This document shows positions 51,871 through 64,000 of a stretch of DNA of 64,000 bases, piece after piece. The translations under genes and the position numbers were made by a program. Origin of the DNA: Octopus bimaculoides (lineage: Eukaryota); the NCBI RefSeq assembly GCF_001194135.2, contig NC_068988.1, positions 40,168,827 through 40,232,826 of the forward strand. The letters run 5' to 3'. Position 1 is the first letter of the stretch, and every line of letters starts with the position of its first letter. Below the pieces are notes generated by a model, which was given only the letters and a program-made list of their open reading frames with translations, did not search any database and had not been told where the DNA came from.

Positions 51871-52227
51871 ATAAGAGGTGCAACAAACAGGGTGGTGAGA
51901 AAACGAGAAAAGGTGGTGAGAAAACGATTTGAAATGAAAAGCGTAGTGGCTTTGGTTAGAGTTGAATAACAATAACTGAAATGAGGTTACGTGAAATAAA
52001 ACAATATGTCCCATTATGTGGGATAAATCGCTATATTTGTCGTTTTAATGTATTTGCATACGTAAAATAAAATTATAGTTGACTCTGTCCAATTCAAATA
52101 ATTATTGATACTATAACAACAATTTATATTGAAATTTATATGGGTCTTAATGGACTGTCGTCAAACATTGAGTGTTGCATTATTCTACCAACACAACTAC
52201 TGCATGACAAAATCAACTTAAGTTCGC

Positions 52228-52635
52228 ACATTATAGGATTGAGAGGAAGAGAAAGAGAATGAGAAAAGGGAGGGAGAGAAAGAGAACGGGAAAAGAGGGT
52301 AAGAAAGGGAACGGGGAGAGATAGAAAGAGAAGAAAGGGAGAGAAAGGGAAAGGGAAGAGAGGTAGAGAAAGAGAACGGGGAGAGAGGGAGAGAAAGAGA
52401 GAGGGAAGAAGGGAAAGAAAGAGAAATGCGAAATGAGAAGAGACGGATAGAAAGAGATCGGGACGAGACGGAGAGAAAAAGAATGGGAAGAGATGGAGAG
52501 AAAGAGAACAGGAAAAGATGAAGAAAAGGGGCATGGGAAGTGAGAGAGAGAAAGTCAACGGGAAGAGAGGGAGAGACAGAGAATGAGAAGTGAGGGAGAG
52601 AGAGAGAGGATGAGTAAGGGTGAGTGAGAAAGTGA
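52228..52635. repeat. ~400 bp near-homopurine low-complexity tract
   Basis: Almost only A and G on the + strand. Confidence 0.9.
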
Positions 52636-53316
52636 TAAACGTTGCTTGTTTATAACCTGATCAACGCTGATTTCGGAAACCTATGATGATATACGTTTCG
52701 GCGAACACTAATTCACCATTTTCTGAGACATTAAACTTGTTTAGTTCTACATTATTCAACGTGCTTTTTCCCCCTTGAAGACGACAGGGTGTATAATGTA
52801 AGGGAGATTAGGTAACTAATTGTATCATGTTGGGCCACCGAAGAGGGAATCCTCCATTGGTACTGATAAGAGTGAGGTCGAATAAATAGACCTCACTACT
52901 TTATTTATGTACTTTTGGGTACCACATAGTCAGTCAAACTAAATGATATTTCAAATGAATAGGTAGAACTTAAATGAATACGACTTTGTCCGGTGCGCTT
53001 CTCTTTCTTCTGTCTAACTCGATAAAGCATCATCTATCACATTATAAATGGTTCTAGGCAATGAAGTGTGATCATCTTTGTGATTGTCGGGCACTCGCTT
53101 TATATAAGTCATAGACTTACGATGTTAAAAAGAAAAAAAAAAAAAAGAAACTAATGCAGCAAATGCAAATTCTTCAAAGCTGAAAAATTACATATTATTC
53201 AATCAGCAGACATCTTAATCATGAGGGATGAAACCTTTTCTCCTTGCATACGTAAGCAATATTTTACACTAAAATACTTTAAAGAGGTCAAATAGTCACG
53301 AACTTTGACCTTTCCC

Positions 53317-56300
53317 TATAATATCCCGCATTCACAGATTTTATTTATCGCCAAGACCATATAACGTTTTAATTTTTTTTAATGAAAATTAATCAAAAAT
53401 AAGGTTTATATGTACTTTTTAATACCAGAATTAAGAGCAAAATGTAAGTAGTGTTTATCCCGTGGAATGTGAGATATTTCTGCACTTTTACATACTCTAT
53501 TGTACGTATTGCTGAATGTGTCAAATAGAAGTAAGGCAAATTGTAGCAAGTAGTACTTTGGAATCTTTCCTTGAATCATTGCAAATGACCACAGAAGATG
53601 ATATTTGAGTTGATCTATAAAATGAAACATCTAATTATGCAAATATTTTCATTAAAGTGTTTGTTGAAGTCAAAAGTAAACGAAAGTTGCCCCTACCTAC
53701 ACCATAACACTTTGTTATACATGGTCTTTATGAAATGTGCCATATAATTTTAATATTGAAGAAAAATTCGGCTTGTATAATACCTTCTATCTCTCAAGTT
53801 TAAATAAGCTTCATTTCAACTTTTGCGGCACTCATCTTCCTTACTGGTAGGTATATATACAGAATTAAATAATGGATGCACGAGTTTGCTTTAAAGTTGT
53901 GTTAGAAATCTCATCTGAGTACCCTTTGTATCCTTAAAATTTGAGTTAACACATTTCCAGTAAGCATTCATCCTAATTCTTACCTGGTTGCATCTCATTT
54001 TCAAGAACAGTTACACCTGTTCTTAGTTTCCTTAACTTTGTAATGCATGGGACTTTGTGCCATTCACATAATGGTCAAAGATGACAATAACATTTGTGAA
54101 CCATCTATTACATTGATGAGTCATTTCAAGTGTCCGAATAATAATAATCATCATCACTTTCAGTATTACTGTCCGATGTTACTCTGTCAAGGAAATCACT
54201 TTCACTAAGTTCACTGTCACTATCAGGGTCAGAATCTGATGCGCAAATTTCATCTTCAAGTTCTTCTTCCAGAACATCCACCAACTGACAGTGCATCACT
54301 TCATCCTCTGTCCATTTCGACTTCATGATTCCAGCTTCCATTGTCCGTCCATGTCCTTCGTCTGGTGTAGGTATTGAAGATTTTGAATGTTCACGAGCTT
54401 CCATATCCCGATCTGGAAGTTGCTTCACCGAACATATTGCTTGAGGATGTTTTTATATGGGGGAGCTGAAGCGATATTGCATTGCTTAGATTTTGTGAAA
54501 TCATCCTTACCACAGCATTTTGCTCGCAGGTTGTGAACCGCAATGTATTCACATTTTTTGTTCTTTTGTTATCATGAAGCACACATGCGAACCTTTCCCG
54601 TTCATTCATCACCTCCTTGTTGATTTCTCAACATTCCCTTAACTTGGAGAACGCTTTCTGAAATGATTCATCTCTTTCAACGACTTTCAGTTTTTTTACT
54701 TACCCCTTCTCTCTGAAGGCACTACTACTATCGCACCTGGTGAAGGCATGATAACCCAGCAATACAAAACAGAGAACAAATGTGGAAGACATAGTCAGCT
54801 TGGTCACATCGATACACCCTCGTGTGTTGATCTTTTCAGTTTGAAACAGAATTTGAAGTCTTTCCAAGAATCTAGCATGGTGAAGTAAGATGAAAAATAT
54901 GTCTGAATCGGGACTCCTCACCCGAACGGATTTGCATCTCCGTTCTTTGGCATACATCCAATACAAGATCACACGAGTGACAGTTTCTTCCTGTGAAGAT
55001 TCCAGAGAGTGTATTTCTTGACAGAATGTGTTATGTCCATCCGATGTCAACTGGAAAGCTGTTCCTTCACATATCAGTACCATCTCATGTGCAGTGAGAA
55101 TGTCGGCAGACACCTCACTCCTCCAAGTTGAGAGCAAAAGCTGAATGAACTGTGTCTTGTTCTCATCATTTGTAAGGAAGACTTTCCAGTCTTTCGGACG
55201 CTTTGTTTTCTCACCACTCAGTATGAGTTTGTCTCCAACACCCCTTGTACATGTCAGTGCTAAATATGACAGGTGACAGGTGAAGAGCAGATCCCAACAA
55301 CTTCCGAGCTATTTCCCCGAATGTTTGTGGAACGTCTTGCAAGCAATGGAACACTGCATTTCCATCCTCTATGATGTCTTGGATCAGATAACTGTGTATT
55401 ATCACGTTCTTTCACATGTTTGAAGCATTTCGATTTATCTGTTATTGCTAAGAATCCGTCTGCCATAACAATGCTATATGGAACAGGTAGCAATGGGTTT
55501 GTTGACAGATTGTCACGGTCAAGTTGCCGATCAATCTTTGCTAGTAAGTGAAACGCTATGTTTCCCTGCTGCATGTACTCGATAACTTTGGAGAAGTTGA
55601 GTGTTTGACGGGCTTGTGCACGTGTGCCAGGGTTTTCAAATTTAGGCGTTTATTAGGATCAAAGAAGCCATTCTTCTTACTTCTGCTTCTGTTCTCTATG
55701 AGGCCTTCCTTTGCTAGCCTACCAACAGTCTCAGCAGTGAGGACGTCTTTCACAATTTTTTTCCGAGTGGGAGCGCTGGATGATAGATTGTACGACTTTC
55801 TATCATCTGGGATGTTGAAGCACTTGATAACTGCGATGAGCTTTGAGATAAGTTTCTCGCTGGCCGCAATTTCACAAGGGCAAACATCGCGATGTTGAAG
55901 TTCTCTGTCTTCTTCATCAAACATTCCCGCTAGACAAAATGTTGCCTGAAAGAATTTAGCTCATTCTTTACCTGATTTTGAACAACTTTGATTTCATAAC
56001 GACCATAACAAACTGCTACGGTGCAGGTAGGGGCAATTTTTGTTTATTTTTGGCTTCAACAAACGCTTTGATGAAAATATTTGCATAATCTGATGTTTAA
56101 TTTTATAGATAAACTCAAATATCAGTTTCTGCGGTTATTTGCAATGATTCAAGGAAGGATTCCAAAGAATGACTTGCAAGGTTTTGCCTTCCTTCTGTTC
56201 GACACATTCAGCAATACGTGCAAAAGGCTATGTAAAAGAGCAGAAATATCTCACATTCCTCAGGGTAAACACTACTTTTTTTCAATTTTTTTTTCTACTT

Positions 56301-56436
56301 CTGCTATTAAAAAAACACATGTACATGACGCTTTGACCTCTGGTGATCTTTTTACTTAATAAATTTTTCTTATCATTTGCAAGATCGTGTAGATCTTGGC
56401 CAGGCAATCATTTTAATAGTCATTTGAAATATTCTA
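53317..56436 (-). mobile_element. Academ-like DNA transposon, internally deleted, ~400 bp TIRs, XPG/PIN-like nuclease remnant
   Basis: Inverted arms 53317-53703 / 56020-56436; their ORF-track translations (53406-53630 minus, 56081-56359 plus) are homologous. Right end ...atattcTA. Internal motifs IEDGNAVFH, SQEETVTRVILY, VRVRSPDSDIFFILL and LLGYHAFTRCDSSSAF. Confidence 0.72.
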
Positions 56437-57084
56437 GCGAAGAGTTGCAACGTTAGAGGTGTTTGAATTTTCCATACTCCTAACATTCTACCCCAGGTTA
56501 TAAAAGTGGGTGTAGTCAAAAAGCCCAAGAGAGGAATTTTCCATCCCAGCTAGCCACATCAGTATTCTGATTTTTAGACCCAGGGCTACATGGAAATATT
56601 CATTAAAGTAAATGACAATGTGGAATATATATATATATATATTTAGGCTTTCAAGTGGGAGTTGTCATGGTGGGTCTCAGTAAGAATTAAAGAAAGGGAT
56701 GTGGTGTGGGTCTTCCATTTTTGATCATTGATGGAGGGACTGACACATTGTGCATTGAATAGAAATGTAGATGCTAGCGTAGTGGCGCGGTTTTACTGTT
56801 GTAGGGGTCTTTTCTTCTGATTGTGCGTTGGTGACAACAAAGTGGGGAGTTGGTGTACTGGGGTAATAGCATTGGATGGTATTGAGTAATGGCTAGAAAA
56901 AATTTTTAATCTCTTTTTTCAGGTTCAACATGGCTAATAATGAAGAAATTTCCTGCTTAGGGAGCAGTTTTTGACTGGAGGTGTGGGTTCACTGTTGGAT
57001 AGATGGAAAGACAATTTTACGAGAGCTAGGATATAGTTGAACCCTTGTGGATGTCATCCAAAGTAAAGGTATACCGAGTAACTG

Positions 57085-57395
57085 TAACAGCCCCCTTCAG
57101 CTTCTAAACGTCTTCAAACTGACTGCTTAAGAAACAACTAAAAGTGAGAGGGAGCAAGGTCTGGATAGAAGTGTTGATGAATGACAGTTTTAATGCTCAC
57201 CTCACTCAAGTATTTGGTTAACAAAGTGGAATCGCGCTCTGAAGCATGTTCCTGATGCAGGGGCCGCTCACACACTGGTGGGAACTCTGGCATTTAGAGA
57301 CAGAATAGCCTCCACAAATATTCTTTATTGATCATCTGGCGAGAGGGAATGCAGCAGATGTAGACGGTGTTCTTGCTTTCAGAAAAAAAAATGGA
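57085..57395 (-). mobile_element. Mariner transposase C-terminal fragment (copy 1)
   Basis: KYLSEVSIKTVIHQHFYPDLAPSHF*LFLK, a degenerate HPPYSPDLAPSDFWLF motif; homologous to 62035-62370. Confidence 0.55.
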
Positions 57396-57576
57396 ATCAT
57401 CATTAATTTCCCGGTGGTCTTGCGCATTACTTACTCATTACTTATTCATTATTTGTGAAGGTTTCTGACGGTGTTCGAGAAGAGATTTCGTTGCTAAATG
57501 TCAGAGCTCTTACCCTTGGGTGAGTGGAACCTGCAACAGCACTATGCATCAGTCCACCATTCCATATGTGTGGGCG

Positions 57577-57637
<61 letters not shown>

Positions 57638-58199
57638 CTGGGGTGCAGAAGACACAAAACTGAAATGACGAAAGATTGTAAGCGAGAGATGAAATAATGG
57701 ATAGAATGCTCAGCTGACAATGAATGCACAGATGCATAGGCAAACGCATTCATTTAGACGGTCGTTTTGACTACGATTTCTCTGTGATAGATATTATGAC
57801 AGATAATGATATCAAGGACTTCACAAATATGATACTGTACATCCGGCTAGTGATTAGTATTTGTTAACGCGGTTGAATACACGTCAATAAAGGTGTGTTA
57901 CATGTCCCGGATATAAACTGAGGAGTTACGGTTTTCTAAACTCTCATTAAACAAGGCTACGTACGAAACAGACTGTTACTATCTGAATGGGATACGACTA
58001 TGTTGTACGGAAAAAGGTCAGAGTGATTTTTTTCATTTTATTTTCCACGTCTATGATTTTATGTTGTCGAAGGAAATATGTAGTATATATTTGTTTGATC
58101 TTATTAATATAAACTTTTGAAAGGGAAAATAATAGACACTCGTTCATGTTTTTTTCTTCTACAGATAATGATCAATGAAAAGATTTGATATTAGCTTAT

Positions 58200-59498
58200 T
58201 GCTATATCGCACGTACGGATAACCTCTACTGAACTACCCCGACGACTAGACTTCTCCTTCTATATATACGTATTGGGCTAGCCTACTTCATCGTCTGGGG
58301 GCGTCGACACAATACCTCCCCCTTTGGAGTTTTTTAAATTCGAATTTATCAATTTTTTTTTTCCTCGGTGAGAAACTGGTATATCTTTTTCTCTTAGCGT
58401 TAATTTCTATCATTTCTGTAGGTTTTCTCTTCCTGTTCGACCTACATGTCGGTTCTGCTTTTGCTTGTGGTTCTGGGACCTCGAACAAATCATACCATAA
58501 ATCCATCGGTTCTTCTCGCCTCTCTTGGTTTTTGGTATATTTTTTTTAATTGGTTTAAATACCTTCTGTGTTCATATTTTGGTCCTTTTACCATGTAAAT
58601 GACGTTACCCAGACGTCCAGTTATACTTCCTTGTTCCCAGATATTTCTTCTGGGTTTGGAAGCGGATAATTGTAATTTTTTAAACAATCATCAAGAACAG
58701 TTGAGAAGTTCGCTCATACTCTTACCTTGTTGTTCTTCTTTTTTTATGTATACCATAGGGGCTGCCCACTCAGAGTAGTCTTTTTCAATTACCTCCATGT
58801 CTTCCAATCTTTGTAATTCCTTCTCAACTCGATTTAACGTCGCAAAAGGTTGAACATATCTGGTATTAAATCTTCCAGTTTAAACCTTTCGCAAGCCTTA
58901 TTAACCATACCGGCATATATTACAAAATCATCGGACTCGTTTTTTTTTTTTCTATGTAAACATTTGCATCGAATGTTAAACTGCGAACTAAATATATTAG
59001 TCAAAATATTTATCGTTTCATCAAAACACAATTCCGCGGACTTTCTCGGCAAAATAAAGTTACAAAAACTTTCGTGTTCCGGAGGGGCAAGCTTTCGCAA
59101 AAGGAGCCATACCTTCCTTTCACTAGACCATCCCTTGCATTCCTCTCGGAATATGTCTTCGTATCGTCTGTAATATGCAGCAAAAGTAGTTCCTTCATCC
59201 GGATTGTAGTGAAATTCTTTGATGGAATTTGCAATATCATCTGCTGAAAATGATTCTGTCATATTTCTCGCCTGCAGTAACAATTCTGTTAACTTCTGTA
59301 GTTGTTGGTGCTGCTGCACTTGTTGTTTTACAACTGCTTTCAGTAATTATTCAATTTCGGTACTATTCGAAACCTCGTCGCCACTGTTATATTGCACGTT
59401 TGGATGACCTCTACTCATCTACCCGACGTCTACACTTCTCCCTCTATATCTACCTATTGGGTTAGCCTACTTCATTGTCTGGGGTCGTCGACACAACA
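58200..59498 (-). mobile_element. Mini Ty3/Gypsy (Mag/K02A2.6-like) LTR retrotransposon with both LTRs
   Basis: LTRs 58200-58314 and 59385-59498 (16 substitutions and 1 indel counted). PBS TGGCGACGAGG next to the 5' LTR, PPT AAAGGGGGAGG next to the 3' LTR, TSD cttat/ctaat. Gag ORF 58834-59319, RT stub EWAAPMVYIKK, integrase tail WEQGSITGRLGNVIY. Confidence 0.9.
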
Positions 59499-60101
59499 CT
59501 AATATTAAATCTGTTGTTCAGGTGCATCAAGCAAGATCAGAGCAGTTTTTGAATCACGTATATGGTATAATTCTAATAATATTTGTCTATGTTTTCTGGT
59601 AAAAAGGCAATGTGATATACGTAAAGATTTATGTTACTAGGTAGGTAGACGTATACATGTGCCACTTCATTTAGTAAATTTTGCAACTACACGTATACAT
59701 GTACTGTTTGCTTATACCCTGAAATAATTGTCAGTGTAGAAGAGGGTTTAGAAACCCAAAATATATGTTATTTCTTGAGGAAACAGTGACCATTTTGTGA
59801 TTGAGTAAGGAAGAAAAGAGTTGAATGCTTTACCGATGTCAATAGAAGTTGGTAACTGGTTTCAGTAACATTTTGATATATGGGTCAAGTCGTTTGTCTT
59901 TGGGGCTCTGTAATTAAATTAGCCAAAATTTAAAGTTTGACGAAAGCATGAGAGTGGCTAGCTGCATATATTATGTTTGCATAACGAAATTCCACATGCC
60001 GTCAACTCTTTAATATAGATATATATATTGAATAGTTTTTCCTTCGACCAGTTGTTATTGTGTAAAACAGTATCCAGACTCTAAAAACGAATATTAATTA
60101 C

Positions 60102-60230
60102 CTTGGGGCATGGTAGCATTTGACCTAAATTCTCCAAGAGGGCAGCTAGCCGGGGCCCTGCTGTCGTAAAATTGTAAATTTTGTCTATTTTTCGAACACA
60201 AGTCCAAAGACAAATAACTTGGAGCACATA
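60102..60230 (-). CDS. Candidate orphan exon (129 bp), product unknown
   Basis: Acceptor gtgtcttctttcAG and donor AAG|GTAATT on the minus strand; length divisible by 3. Phase-1 frame VCAPSYLSLDLCSKNRQNLQFYDSRAPASCPLGEFRSNATMPQ; the phase-0 frame is also open. No homology recognised. Confidence 0.3.
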
Positions 60231-60839
60231 CTGAAAGAAGACACATACGACAATTAAGCTTAAAGGCGAATATGCTAACACACACACAAAATGCATATTG
60301 CTATCTTAGCATATAATGAACATTCAATCTATTGGAATGTAAGGATAAATATAATTTCTGGCTTCGGTAATCATAATGCAATTATTAATTCCATAATAAA
60401 CACAGGTCTTACGTAATCGACAGTTATGTAAATTAATTGATGTACCCGCGAGGGGTACATCATTTGTACGATGTAGAAAATATACCGCCAGCATTGCCCA
60501 AACGACCTGAACATTAGTTTCAAGGTTCATCTAAGGCTGGAACCACGAGCCATACATCCCCTGCCCAATTCAGAATCACAGCATATAGGTACACACGCAC
60601 ATGCACACACGCACACGTACACAGACACAAACACATGTAGATACACACGTCCATAAACACACACACATACGCCCTCGCGTACCCGCGCGCACACACACAC
60701 GTAAACGACCACATTCGTGCGCAGATGATAGTTTTCAAAATAAATATAGATTATATAGCCATGAAGACTATATAGAATACATAAGATGTCAGTTAAAAAA
60801 GAAAAGAGAGCGAGAGAGAGAAAGAGAGAGAGAGGGGGG

Positions 60840-60922
<83 letters not shown>

Positions 60923-62034
60923 TGTGCGATCATTTTTACCGGAATTATTTGAAGTGGACAGTGATTGGTGTGGCAACTATACACACACTTGCATCATTAA
61001 TTAAGGTATAAGTTATATCGAGACATATTTCGACATTACACAAAACGTGTTTCCTGTTGGAAAAAACTTTAACAATAATTTCTAACATATCAATCGATCA
61101 CGTTGAATCGATATTAAGTGCAGCATTTTCTGTTGTATATGAAAAATCCATGACCAGAATTATCTCATGTTTAAGACTGGTTAAGCTTCAAAGAAACTTT
61201 TCAATATGCTTGTTAGAATAAATGAGATTTGTTGATGTGGTAAGAAAATTAGAGATATCACAATTGCAACGAAATGCCTCTAGCACAAGGGCTTCAAGAT
61301 AAATATTTTGCATTCTTCAACAGAATAATTGTTTATGTGTCCATGCTATTGCTGTTGTTTAGCCCTAGGTAACCTCTGATTGAGTAAAGTTATAACCAAA
61401 ACATTTCCAGCAACCTCAATTCTATAATTCACATATAGCGTCTGATATAAAATTCATCAATATATGTGTTTCATTTGCCGATAAATTTTAACCTATGGGG
61501 AATACAATGATCAAATATATTAAAGCTTAACCATCACATCATTTTTTTATATCTAGAGAGAAATTTTCCGTTGTGTACTCACACTTTTTTTAAACATGAT
61601 TACATGTAAATAATTTTTACAAGTAATTTTCCATTGGATCATATCTGCTTGCATTTAAGACCTCAATTATATTATTCACATACTATTATATATGATACAA
61701 ATTACCATCTAATTATTTTCATTGAGTAGGGTAGTTCAGAACTTTTCATAAAGTGATTTAAATAGGAATGGGCGAAACATACTCATACGCGCGCGTATTA
61801 GAGGGAGTGGTTTGTCAGAATATCTGAGCTGCGTGAGAAAATTTACAATTCATTTGATGAACGCCGCTGTATGTGTATAAAGATAATAAACACATAGATT
61901 AGAGTTGGTGTGGCAACTATACACAGAATTATTCATGAAGATATGAACATGTGCAAAATTTGTACAAGGTTTATACCCAGTGTGGTCAGTGACAAACGAA
62001 AGGAAAGACACGTTGAAGGGAAGGTATTCAGGTA

Positions 62035-62370
62035 GCTATAACAGCCTCCTTTATCTTCTAAATGTCTTCAAACCGACTGCACACGAATTTTTTCTTTAGC
62101 TTAAGAAACGATCAAAAGTGAGAGGGAGCACTGTCTGGATTAGAAGTGTTCATGAGTGACAGATTTGATGTTCATATCATTCAAGTATTTGCTTACCAGA
62201 ATGGAATTGCGCTCTGAAGCTTAGTTCCACTCACGCAAGGGGCGGAGTGGGAGAACTCTGGCATTTAGCGATGAAATATCCATCTGAACACCGCAAACCT
62301 CCACAAATATTCTTTGTTGATCATCTGGCGAGGGAACGCAGCGGATGTAGACGACGCTCTGCTTTTTCAA
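62035..62370 (-). mobile_element. Mariner transposase C-terminal fragment (copy 2)
   Basis: Aligns by eye with 57085-57395 (aaaagtgagagggagca...ctccacaaatattcttt...gatcatctggcgag). Confidence 0.55.
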
Positions 62371-63615
62371 CTACGGTAATAATTGAATAATATTTTTAAA
62401 GCCAGAATTTACTCACATGCAGAAAATCTCAGAGCTTTCCCGAATTCAATTCTTAAACAAATTAAAAATTGTTAACATCTTTGAAAAGGACTGGTCCCTA
62501 GCTACATTTTGGCATTAAAAAATTGATATTTGATCCAGTAGTAAAAGGTTTATATCAAACTTTGTAGCAACATTATAGCAAAGTAAGTAAGGCCTCCAAT
62601 CAAGTTTAGATCTAGATAACGTTTTTATTTTAAAGGCAAAATATATTCATCTAGCTTCAATGAAGGAAGACAGCATGAAGAATTTCATGGTTTTGTTCCC
62701 ATGCAAGAAATATTTATATCAAAAAAATTGTGGGGTAAAATATCAGGAAAAAATATAAAACAAAATATTGGCTTTAAGTATAATTAATTTTTTATTTTGA
62801 AAAAAAAAACTATATCTTAATTAAACTGAAATGAGAGTAATCAATTCGAGGAACTTCATGGTATCAATCTCATGCAATGCCGTTTTAAAAGAAAAAAAAA
62901 ATTATGCGTGTTTGCTTCTCAAAAAGAGGGCGATAATATAGTTCTATAGTTTTTAAAGAATAGAGTTCTATAAGGGGACATTTTTATATATGTCACCAGC
63001 GTCATTGCGGTAAGAAAAAATATTCAATGTCACCTCTAAGTAACACATTTGACACATTATTAATTAGCATAATAGCATAGCCTGGAAACATATGGACTAC
63101 ATGGGAAAATGCGAGCAAAAGGAATAATATTCTTAAGATTATAAACCTGGAAAATTACAGGACAAGTTATTACACTTGGAAAAGTTCAAGACAGCTTATT
63201 ATATCTGTTAAGGTACAGAACAAGAAAATGTTTACTTAAACTATTGCAGCTAAGGATAAAATTTGAATATTAAAAATTATTTTAATTTTCAAAGTAACAT
63301 TATAACTAAAAAAAAAAGGCACCACCATTTTGTTAAAATTTGGACACACTAGAATATTTAAAAAATGAGAACCTGAAGTACCAATATAGCAAAAATTATA
63401 TGCAAAGTAGAATAGTCTATATGGTAGGCAAAATCATTATGTAAAAAATAGGCATTGGATCAAGACTAAAAATGTGAAGGCTTGGAAATAATTCAAGCAA
63501 ATGTTGCAGTGTATTTCTTGTTATAGGTAGATTTTACTGTAATTTATAACTAATTTTTGTATTATACTATTTATTCTACGAACTAATTCTGTAGTACTAT
63601 TATTTTTTATAACCT

Positions 63616-64000
63616 ACTAGCAGTATAACCCGACGTTGTCCGGGTGTGACTTATTACGCCATCTACGATAAGTCTTGCTAGGTGAAAATCAACTAAAAAA
63701 GAAAGCCTTACAATGAAAAAACCCTTATGATGTAAATATGTTCATAATTCAAAAGACGAAATTAATAGGGAAAGTCTGAAGGCTGTTTTGTGTAACATTA
63801 TTAAGCATACGTAAATTTCATCCGTCTAATTGGCTATACAAATGCTTGTGCAAAACAACTTTTTGCGCTGCCTTGATTATACATAGCAGGGTAATTCCTT
63901 TTCGCGGGAGCTAGGACGGCAATTTGTGATGAAGCAATTGCTGGCGATCTGTTGCTACACAGTTCTGCTAGAATTCTATCAGATTGGGCAGTAGATGATG
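63616..64000 (+). mobile_element. 5' part of a Helitron/Helentron-like non-autonomous element, running off the window
   Basis: Starts actagcagtataacccgacgttgtccgggt (ACTAG start plus subterminal hairpin), as at 46731 and the similar start at ~44245. Confidence 0.45.

Noticed and set aside
52690-52730. Second hammerhead on the minus strand (stem II ggtgaa/ttcgcc plus GAAAC); similar traces near 9000-9330
   Set aside because: The CUGANGA core and stem I are not intact; at best decayed relics.
1-64000. Bacterial contamination or horizontally acquired operon
   Set aside because: No long intact ORFs or operon structure; spliceosomal introns and metazoan TE families occur throughout.

Overview
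AT-rich, microsatellite-dense eukaryotic draft-assembly sequence with many N gaps. The SINE families and repeat landscape look like Octopus/cephalopod DNA (inference). One host gene can be reconstructed on the + strand from four canonical GT-AG exons (3552-3686, 16724-16813, 20275-20404, 26909-26993). They splice in frame into a single F-type lectin (fucolectin/FTP, F5/8 type C fold) domain of about 146 aa ending at a stop codon. Its fucose-binding motif is degenerate, it has four N-glycosylation sequons, and its start exon is uncertain. The rest is mostly transposon relics: RTE, Dong/R4 and Tx1 LINE fragments, tRNA-derived SINEs, mariner, rosa-type and hAT remnants, a 3.1 kb Academ-like element with ~400 bp TIRs, a 1.3 kb mini-Gypsy element with both LTRs, and Helitron-like non-autonomous elements. 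Notable non-coding structures are a type I minimal hammerhead ribozyme motif (37197-37262), a tandem tRNA-like unit folded into a 116 bp hairpin (4172-4810), and two other intronic foldbacks. No CRISPR or prokaryotic system is supported. Most ORF-track entries are microsatellite or N-gap artefacts. Transposon family calls come from motif recall, not database searches, and their boundaries are approximate.
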